Positions 1 through 9,400 of a stretch of 64,000 nucleotides of DNA are shown here, piece by piece. The translations under genes were made by a program, and so were the position numbers. Where the stretch lies: the NCBI GenBank assembly GCA_001179505.1, contig CDMY01000415.1:1-64000 (forward strand), in the 5' to 3' direction. This stretch comes from Vitrella brassicaformis CCMP3155 (Eukaryota > Protista > Chromerida). Each line of letters begins with the position of its first letter. The stretch's first letter is position 1. A model generated the notes under the pieces. That model was not told the DNA's origin, ran no database searches, and saw only the letters and a list, made by a program, of their open reading frames with translations.

Positions 1-669
1 CCCTGTCGAGCTCGGACGAATCACGAGATGGTGACAAGGCGGTCTGACTATAGGCAACACAAGCAAAGCACGTTAGCGGTGGGGGCTCATTCGGTAGTTG
101 CATCTCACTTGTTGAAGTCATCAACAACCGCCTGCGCTTCAAGCAATTCTTCAGAGGTCTTCAACAGCAGCGATGGGTTTATCAGCTCGATGAAGTGCTG
201 CAAACGACCCCAGTACGTCGACTGGTCGTACTTGGAGGCGCCTGCCACACGTGGCGGGCCGAGGAAACGCAGACACACAACACAGACAGGACAGACGATA
301 GAGAAATGCGAGTCAGTCAGTCAGTCGTGCATCTCATGCAGCCGAGCAGCCCTGCATGCCTGCTGTGGATCTGTACATACCTTGTTCGACATTCTCATCT
401 CCCTCCTGGGTCTGACTCTCCTGCACCCACACAACACACACGCACGCAGAATTCCGTGACTGACTGATGGACGAATCGCTGCTCTCTCGTCCATATGTGA
501 CGGTACCTACCTCCTCTGTTGGCAGGGTCGTGTTTGCTGTGTTGCCAACTAGCTCCCTGTTGGCCCATTCGGCTGCACGTGCCGTCACCGACATGGGATA
601 GCCGCTCAGCAGCAGCAGCAGCAGCAGCAGCTGAAGCAGACAAAGAATAGTGAAGAGCCGCGACTGCAT
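1..669 (-). CDS. SFXN: Sideroflexin copy A, 5' exons only (continues off the window), with hydrophobic N-terminal leader
   Basis: Spliced translation MQSRLFTILCLLQLLLLLLLLSGYP...GASKYDQSTYWGRLQHFIELINPSLLLKTSEELLEAQAVVDDFNK matches the sideroflexin N-terminal pattern (WDQSTFxGRxxHF). It is near-identical to the reverse complement of 16939-17590. Confidence 0.8.
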
Positions 670-799
670 GAATGCAAGCAGTGGCGAGTGAGTGAGCCAG
701 AGGGACAATGAGGCGGAGCAAGCGACGGGATAAGACCGGCCGGCAGGCACGTAGATGCAGGCAGATAGGCAGGCAGGCGCACCCCGCAATCCGCGCTGG

Positions 800-1075
800 A
801 CATCTTCTCCGCTCGTTCTCTTCCTTTCCGAATTCGGATCGCTCTCCGCGATGACTCATCAATGTCATCATTGATGCCAAGGCCAGACACCACAGCTGCA
901 CACAACACACACCGACACATCAGCCTTTACTTCTGTTCCACTTACTCACACCCTCCCCAGCCGCCTAGGGTGCTTCCTGAAACCGCTGCTGCCCACCAGA
1001 CGGAGAATTCGAGGAGAAGGTCAGGATCTGTCTGGATCTGACAATGGGTGAGCAGATCTGCTCAGATGCAAAACA
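800..1075 (+). repeat. Shared upstream element, copy 1 (between divergent genes)
   Basis: Motifs cggatcgct, acaccacagctgcacacaacac and ggtcaggatct.tctggatctgacaat.ggtgag...atctgctcagat (1019-1067) recur at 16571-16619 (reverse strand) and 60815-61049. The 29-mer at 960-988 recurs at 30677-30705. Confidence 0.75.
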
Positions 1076-1230
1076 GCTAGAGCCACGTGACCCAGGTTTT
1101 GGGCACGTCTCGAAGACACGTGAAGAGTGCGCCGGAACCGATGTGTGACTGCGTGACGGGTCTCGAGATTATTCTCAGCTGGTTGATTCCCGCCCACTGG
1201 GGAGAGAAGGAACCCAAGTATGCTGTCACG

Positions 1231-1770
1231 ATGGGCAATCTCTTGGTCCACTGTCCGCCTGTGGAGTACAAGGTCGACTCGCGTAAGCTGACGAGGAAGG
1301 ACTTTAGAAAACTCGCGAGGCTTGTCAACGACGATGGCTCCGTGATCGACGAGGCGGCCTTCCGAGAGGTGGCTGAGGCGATCGGAAAGAAGCATGGAAA
1401 CCGCCGCAGGTCAGCGAACCATAACTGGTACTCACATTTAGAGTGGCTGATTGCCGCCCTGTGTGTGTGTTTGTCAGGCCCTCAGAGAGCACCGAAGGCC
1501 GAGGCGACGATGGCGTCAGGTAAGGACACACAGTGACTGGCTGACATATCGCCTGTTGACACATTCTGGTTGTCTCGTGCTGCCTGTATATGTGTTATTG
1601 TGAGCAGGACAGCGCGGGAGTCGGCCACCTCGACAAGTGCGGCAGCGGAGGATGCAGGTGTGCAGCTGACGACACCTCTGCTGGACTCCACCGACTCAGC
1701 ACCGTTTGGCCCTCCCAACGACGCAGCTGCTAAGCTGAAACAAGATCCCGTTCAGAAAGATGTCGTGTGA
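1231..1770 (+). CDS. Small hypothetical protein (~127 aa, 3 exons) starting MGNLLVHCPP, copy A
   Basis: Phase-consistent GT-AG splicing gives MGNLLVHCPPVEYKVDSRKLTRKDFRKLARLVNDDGSVIDEAAFREVAEAIGKK...KDVV*. Exon 1 is conserved in the paralog at 15913-16417. Confidence 0.55.
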
Positions 1771-3157
1771 GTGGCCCGGTCTGCCTGTTTTTCTTCGTTT
1801 CCTGTTGGGTTTAATGATGCTCCTCGTACTTGTTCTGCTGTTCCGCTTCGGAGGTCGTCAGCTTCCGTCCCCGACGACTGCGACACTCCGAGGTCCGCCA
1901 CGTGGGAGATATCGGACGTCAGCGTTCAGCAGACGGCCGATGCCGGTGGATGTTGCGACGCCGGGCCTGAAAGCGGCTTCCCGTGGCGGACTGGATGCTG
2001 GTTCTTCCGCTGAGGCTCCTCCTCTATCACTCCAGGAGCAGAGGCTAAAGCGATTTATTACACTCGCCGAGCTGATCCCTCCAGGGTCACCTGCGGCCGA
2101 CATAGTGAGTTTGGATGAGTACACGAACGAGTCGTGGGAGGGTTGCGTCCACTGTTGATGCTGTCTGCCCTGGCCTGCAGGGATGTGACCACGGTCTGCT
2201 CGCTGCGCATCTGGTGCATTCAGGGAGATGCCCCAATGCCATCGCCATCGACAGGTCGTCGTCGTCGTGTGAGGCTGCAAGGTGGGCATGTCAGTCAGTC
2301 AATCAGGAGCACCACCCTCGTCTCTCAACGGCTGCCTCTTGTCGATTGTCAGGTCTACAGTGGAGAGGTTTGCGCTGTCACATGCTGTGGACGTTCGTCA
2401 AGGCGATGGACTGACAGCTTTGTCTGCGGGGGAGGTGGACACCGTCTGCGTGGCCGGGATGGGCGTCGGGGGCATTCTCGACATTCTCAAGGGTCCGCCA
2501 CAAGCCGACTCAGATCCATTGTCGAGGGAGGACTCACTGCTCCGGAGCCTTCGCATCAGGACGCTGGTGCGCATCGCATATCGTGCGTCTACGCAAATGA
2601 TGATGACACTGTCAGCTGCACCGATCCACATGTATCCATCGGTGTGTGCGTGTGTCGTGTCAGGTGGTCCAGCCGCAGACGCCGCGTCTTGGCAGCCTCT
2701 ACGCTCTGCGTCGCTGGCTGCAGGTACACCAATGGCCCATCAATGAAGAGCGGCTTGTGGTTATCGGCAAGCGGCTGTACGTCACCATCAAAGCAGTGGC
2801 GACACAGCCACGCGCAGTTGACCGCGATGCAGTGCTGTCTGCCGACATCGAGCGGGAGCTGCTGTTGGGTCGCGCGCAGTGGGAGAGTGACAGAGATAAC
2901 GATGGGATACGACACAGATACCACAGGTAAGCTCTAATGGATTACGTGGGTGGGTGCTAACGGGTAGGTATCATCCATGTGAGTGTTCCTTTCCGTGATG
3001 TATGTGTCTTGCAAGGTATCTCGTGAACCAGCGCACGGTTCTCGCGCGTCAGGTGGCCGATCCGCGTTGGCAGTCTGAGCAGAAGCAGCGATGGATGGCC
3101 ATCCTCGACGACGCCATCCGGTCGCCCACGATGAGTCCATCGATGCCTCTCGACTGA
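1760..3157 (+). CDS. trmK: tRNA (adenine-22-N1)-methyltransferase TrmK-like protein with N-terminal hydrophobic leader
   Basis: Spliced motifs ADIGCDHGLLAAHL, VDVRQGDGLTAL, VDTVCVAGMG and LVVQP...INEERLV correspond to the TrmK motifs ADIGSDHAYL, RLGNGL, IAGMG and LILQP. The start could be 1760 or 1814. Confidence 0.8.
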
Positions 3158-3347
3158 GACCAACCGACTCATCAGCATCGGGTAAGCCCGACACGCAGGC
3201 AACCAGCCAATAAGGCAGCCAGCCAGCCAGCCAGCCAGGTGCCCTTCCCCACAGTCAATCGTTCCACCAGCCGCCGTATGAACGAGTGGTGGGTTTATGG
3301 TTTTTCGGCTGTGGCATAGCGAGCGTATCGGTAGCCAGCTAGAACAA

Positions 3348-4808
3348 GGGGCAGCAGCACTTGTGACACGCCTCTTGAGTAGAAAGGCCACCACATCCAT
3401 TCCCCGTGATGACCGATCTCATCGCATCTTGTCTGTCTGTTCGTGTGTGTCTCAGGCAGGCAGGCAGGCAGGCACAGATCGGCGACCGTTGGGCAAGGGG
3501 GCGGGGCCGCTTGTGTGGATGTGGTTTGGGCTGAAAGAAAGCGAGAAGACTATGCATTGATGTGCCACTCGGTGATGTTGATGATCTGCGGTGTGTGCAC
3601 TGGACATCGGACATAATGAATGGTTCATTTCATCCATCCATCATTGACAGAACAGCGGTCGCACCGCACACAAGCAGACAGACAAAATATTAGTCTTCAT
3701 TAGACTTTCGTCCCAATCGTCTGTCTGTATCCGTCGCATCAATCATCGCCACCCATTCATTCACACTCCCACGCAACTTTCTCCCCCTCGTCAGTCAGTC
3801 GCCAGTGGGTGCCTGCGCCTCCTCCCTGCCAGGCGCTTCCTCCGTCCCTCCCTCCCCCGCCACCCCTGCCAGCCCCACCCCTGCCAGCCCCACCCCTGTC
3901 CCTCCCTCCCCCGCCACCCCTGCCAGCCCCACCCCTGCCAGCCCCACCCCTGTCCCTCCCTCCCCCGCCACCCCTGCCAGCCCNNNNNNNNNNNNNNNNN
4001 NNNNNNNNNNNNNNNNNNNNNNNNNNNNNNNNNNNNNNNNNNNNNNNNNNNNNNNNNNNNNNNNNNNNNNNNNNNNNNNNNNNNNNNNNNNNNNNNNNNN
4101 NNNNNNNNNNNNNNNNNNNNNNNNNNNNNNNNNNNNNNNNNNNNNNNNNNNNNNNNNNNNNNNNNNNNNNNNNNNNNNNNNNNNNNNNNNNNNNNNNNNN
4201 NNNNNNNNNNNNNNNNNNNNNNNNNNNNNNNNNNNNNNNNNNNNNNNNNNNNNNNNNNNNNNNNNNNNNNNNNNNNNNNNNNNGGGCAGCAGCACTTGTG
4301 ACACGCCTCTTGAGTAGAAAGGCCACCACATCCATTCCCCGTGATGACCGATCTCATCGCATCTTGTCTGTCTGTTCGTGTGTGTCTCAGGCAGGCAGGC
4401 AGGCAGGCACAGATCGGCGACCGTTGGGCAAGGGGGCGGGGCCGCTTGTGTGGATGTGGTTTGGGCTGAAAGAAAGCGAGAAGACTATGCATTGATGTGC
4501 CACTCGGTGATGTTGATGATCTGCGGTGTGTGCACTGGACATCGGACATAATGAATGGTTCATTTCATCCATCCATCATTGACAGAACAGCGGTCGCACC
4601 GCACACAAGCAGACAGACAAAATATTAGTCTTCATTAGACTTTCGTCCCAATCGTCTGTCTGTATCCGTCGCATCAATCATCGCCACCCATTCATTCACA
4701 CTCCCACGCAACTTTCTCCCCCTCGTCAGTCAGTCGCCAGTGGGTGCCTGCGCCTCCTCCCTGCCAGGCGCTTCCTCCGTCCCTCCCTCCCCCGCCACCC
4801 CTGCCAGC
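3348..4808. repeat. Direct duplication flanking N gap (3348-~3870 repeated at 4284-4808); probable unmerged haplotypes
   Basis: Sequence identical on inspection lies on both sides of a ~300-N gap. Confidence 0.8.
3845..3983. repeat. 54-bp tandem repeat (about 2.5 units visible) running into a scaffold gap
   Basis: The unit ccctccctcccccgccacccctgccagccccacccctgccagccccacccctgt is repeated. On the minus strand it encodes GLAGVAGEGGTGVGLAGV units. Confidence 0.85.
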
Positions 4809-5779
4809 CCTGTGTCTTGCTGCGGCCTGTAGGGAATGTATTTGAACTTGTGCTCGGGGTGCTCCTTGACGAAGTCCGCGTACACGCAGTCGTAAAACAG
4901 GAACCGCTCCTTCTCTATCTGCGCTCTCTCCTCGCGACTCGGCGGCTGCTCGTCGGGCGGCTGCCGGGTGGCCTCCCTCTCCTCGAGGTACTTCTGCCAC
5001 CTGTGGCGGATGTTGCAGTGCTCGTTGAGCACCTTCATCTTGTGCATCGTGTACACGGCGTTGCGGAGGTCCGTCTCGTTGCGATAAATGAAGCTGCGAG
5101 TCAGCCAGCTATCGCCCCGCAGCTGCTCCCATCCCACACACATGAAAACAAGAGCAGAGCACAGGTAAAGAGGGCACAATGCACGTGTTATTGCAAGCAG
5201 ATGAGTGACGTTTCTCACCTCCAGCCCGTGCCTCTCGAGTGCTTGGACGAGCATCTCCAGCCGCCGCTGCCGCTGGCTGATTTCCTTCCTGAACCTCTTG
5301 GCGTTCCTCTCGATCTGCTCCAGCCTCTCAGGGTCGTCCTTGTACTTCTCAACCGCCTCGCGATAGACATCGTCAAGCGCATACGACTTCTCACCGCTGT
5401 CCTCCTTCTCAAGGAAATACTTCCTGATGGGACGCACCAAGCCACACACACACACACACGGACAGACACACGCGCATTCGAAGCTATGCGCCAATATGTG
5501 AGCTGTCGTCCGTCTGTTGTCTATCTGTCTGTTGGCTTACTTTTTGACCATGGCAGCGTCCATGCGGTCAAAGGGGAGGGAGATCAGCGGCTTCTCATAG
5601 AGTGCATTGTCCATCGACGGCGACAGCGTCGCGGGCGCAGCTGACAGCCTGACGAGCTGCCGTCGTGGTGAAGCGCGTTGCAGCGAAAGGCTGCGGCCAG
5701 CAGGAAGACCTCTTAGAGCCGGCCGGCGGAAGGCGAGGCACACAGGGCAGCACAGTAGCAGAAATATCAGAACATCCAT
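4730..5779 (-). CDS. Hypothetical protein with signal peptide + transit-like leader and an LRxDS-motif domain
   Basis: Leader MDVLIFLLLCCPVCLA-FRRPALR. Spliced exons encode helical EKYKDDPERLEQIERNAKRFRKEISQRQRRLEMLVQALERHGLE|LRGDSWLTRSFIYRNETDLRNAVYTMHKMKVLNEHC. GC3 is high. Confidence 0.7.
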
Positions 5780-6439
5780 ATCGGTTCTTCCTGCGATCCT
5801 TTCACAGGGCAGACGTCACTGCAGATCTCTACCTCGAGATCCTGGAACGGCGAGCCTCTTTTCGAGCGCGAGCTCGACTCTTGTGGCGAGCTAGAGGGAG
5901 GAGCTTCTTTCTCACGACGTGGCGGGCGGTGTGGATCACAGATCAGTAGTCTTTTCTGCAGGAAAAGATCCAAAAGCCGCAGCTCTCCGCGTCCACCATC
6001 TCAAGAGCACAGCTCCTTGATTCACAAGTACGCAACCACGGGAAAAGCACACAGGAAACGTCGCTTTAAGCACACGGCCTGGTCTTTCATGTGCTTGCAG
6101 GTCGCCCCTGCCTGTGGGAGCAAAAGTGCTGGCTGTTCACTCTCGGTCACTCTTGTGGTGACTGACAAACCCTGTGTGGCTGCAGTGGCGTCGTAGCGGT
6201 ACGAAGATGTGATGTATGGGACTGCGGAGGCCGCCCCTGCTTGACACACACATCCGCACACCCAGCGCCCTTCGCAAGATGGCAGCCGACCCGCAACACG
6301 AGGGGCTGCTGGGGACAGCACCCCGACCTTCCCTGGACTGACTGACTGAGCGTCATTCGTCAGCCTTCTTCTTTTTCGGCACAACACCACCAACCGTCGA
6401 TCGATCGGCTTTTGTGAGCGATCCATCATCACACCACAC

Positions 6440-9400
6440 ATGTCTGACGTCGCGGCCATGGCCAACGAGGAGGAGCACGGAGAGGCGGCAGCGACGGCTG
6501 GTGCGGGTGAGGTTGGTGCGGATGGTGGTATCGATGTCCCGCTCGACAGCCTGCCGCTGGCCGTGAGCATGGAGCTTGAGCAGGAGGTCTTCCTCACTGC
6601 TTTGGCGCTAGCCTTCTCCACCCGCTACCGCCCCTCCGGCGGGCAACACAGCGACAGGGGGGTGCCCCTGCCCTCACAGTGGAGAGGAGCCTTCCCCCAC
6701 ACCCTGCCCCTACCATTCAGACCAATCGACGCATCCGCAACGGGCCCCCCCAGGGCTGACGGGGCGGACAGCAGCAGCAGCACCAGCGGGGAGGCGATGA
6801 AGCTGGTGCCATCCATCGACGCTGAGACGGTGCCGGTCAAGTCGCATGACTACTTCCCTGAGGGCCTGTTCGAGACGCTGCTCAAGGCATGCTCACAGCT
6901 GGGGCTGGACCTGCAGCTCACACCCCAGCAGCAGCAGCAGCAGCATCCGTGTGGTGCATCACCGTCGTCGCGGTCGTCCCCCTCGCCGCACGCGCCGCTG
7001 GAGCATGAGGAGGACGTCATGACTGTGGCGTTGGACGAGGCCACCGACCCGTCATCGCTCGTGTGTCTGTCGCCGCTCTCGTCTTCTCGGTCGAGTGTCA
7101 AGGAGGGCGGGGCTCGGGAGGACGGCAAGGACAAGGAGTGGTGCATGGCGACGGCGCTGAGCGAGGGCCTCTCGCACTACTGGCAGGTGCTGGCCCGGGT
7201 GACCTACCAGGACATCCACCTGCAGATCCCCGGCGCCTCGTCGCCCACTGAGGTGTACCACTTCATCCTCCTGTGCTACTACTGCTGCCACCGCGACAAG
7301 ATCGCCCGCATCCTCGACCGCACCGACGTCGCCCATCCATCGGCCGTGTGGTTCGCACTGGGCCTGTGTCTGGGCCAGAACGAGGGCAGGCACCTGCTCT
7401 ACCAGCTGGGCCGCCTGCCCACCCCGGTGAGCAAGAGCAAGAACAAGGCCCCCACACTGTGGTCTCAGTTCCACGACGGCCGGGCTAGGGGGGCCACGCA
7501 GAGGGCCGGTGGGGGCGGCCATCCCTCGGGGTGGTCGGCCAACAAACCTGGCGATGAAGAACCTGTCGGCGTGATAGAGGTGTGTGAGGACCACTGGCTC
7601 GTGCTGCGCTGAGACAGATGCCTCATGTGTGTGTGTGTGTCTGTTTCACTCAGGGCGGGAGTTTCGTCAAGGTGTTTGAGGTGGGCCCCGCCAGCCCGCC
7701 CAAGCCCCCAAGCGAAGCTGCGCCCTCCGCCCCTCCCCCCTTCTGGCGGCCGCACGCCTCTACACCCACCCCCAACCCCAACCAGACCACGACTGATGAC
7801 GCACACACGTTCGACCTCGCCGACTCTGCCATGGAACACGGCCGCAGCCTGTCCTACAAGACGGCCAAGGGGTGGATCAGCATGCCCAGCAACGACAGCG
7901 TCAATGTGGGCGCCCTGGTGGTCGAACTCCTCGTGCAGTCGGTCGCTCACGTGGCGGAGCAGATGACGGGCAGTGACGATCCGGCCCTGCGACGGTCGCA
8001 CCGCAGTCTGTCCCACCTGCTGGACCACTTTGTCCGTCAGCACACGTACGGCTACCGCGTGTGCGGCCCCTACTCGATCAACGTCCGCGAGAGCGCCTCC
8101 CTGACCTCGCCCCGCACCCTCACCCTCTCCCCAGGCACACTTACACACGTCTACGACGTAGACACCACCCCCCTGACCGCTCGGGGCGGTTGGATGACTG
8201 GCGAGGAGGTGATGCGTCTGAAGGTGTTGATGGCGAGGGATGGGGGCGATGAGGAGGACCTGGTGGAGATGCCCGAGTGTGACTCGCCCACATGTGGTGG
8301 GGGCGGTGGTGGGGCGGGGAGCGAGGACGGGGGCGGGTATGCGGCGGGATGGGTGTCGGAGAAACTGACCGAGAATGGCGTTCTGGGGCCATTCCTCGGT
8401 GAGTGAGTGTGAGCGAGAAACAAACACCTCTCTCTCATGACTGCAAGGGATGGATGTGCTTGGCACGTGTGTGTGTTGTGTGGTGTGCAGTGTGGCGAGT
8501 GGACGATGAGGAGGGCATCTTGCAGCCCCCACGGCTTTACCGCAGCATCGACGCATACATGCTGGTAAATAACCAAAATGCATGAGGGAGGGAGGGGAGG
8601 CAGTACACGACCTCATTCAGTCATGACATTGTATTCTGTCTGTCTGTCTGTCTGTCTGTCTGTGTGGTCAGAATGTGCGTCCGTCGGTGGAGATCGAGTC
8701 GCAGGTGCTGCGGACCATCCCGCCCGGCACCGAGGTGGAGGTCTATGAACGGCGCCGCAACCAGGAGGGCATCATGAGACTCAAACTATGCGACGGATGG
8801 ATCANNNNNNNNNNNNNNNNNNNNNNNNNNNNNNNNNNNNNNNNNNNNNNNNNNNNNNNNNNNNNNNNNNNNNNNNNNNNNNNNNNNNNNNNNNNNNNNN
8901 NNNNNNNNNNNNNNNNNNNNNNNNNNNNNNNNNNNNNNNNNNNNNNNNNNNNNNNNNNNNNNNNNNNNNNNNNNNNNNNNNNNNNNNNNNNNNNNNNNNN
9001 NNNNNNNNNNNNNNNNNNNNNNNNNNNNNNNNNNNNNNNNNNNNNNNNNNNNNNNNNNNNNNNNNNNNNNNNNNNNNNNNNNNNNNNNNNNNNNNNNNNN
9101 NNNNTACCGCGTGTGCGGCCCCTACTCGATCAACGTCCGCGAGAGCGCCTCCCTGACCTCGCCCCGCACCCTCACCCTCTCCCCAGGCACACTCACACAC
9201 GTCTACGACGTAGACACCACCCCCCTGACCGCTCGGGGCGGTTGGATGACTGGCGAGGAGGTGATGCGTCTGAAGGTGTTGGTGGCGAGGGATGGGGGCG
9301 ATGAGGAGGACTGGGTGGAGATGCCCGAGTGCGACTCGCCCACATGTGGTGGGGGCGGTGGTGGGGCGGGGAGCGAGGACGGGGGCGGGTATGCGGCGGG

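Noticed and set aside
3845-3983. CRISPR-like array
   Set aside because: The repeat units are contiguous with no unique spacers, and the context is eukaryotic.
3348-4808. Apparent tandem duplication of a 3' gene end
   Set aside because: The copies are identical and flank a fixed-size N gap, typical of unmerged contig ends or haplotypes. Kept only as a VNTR note.
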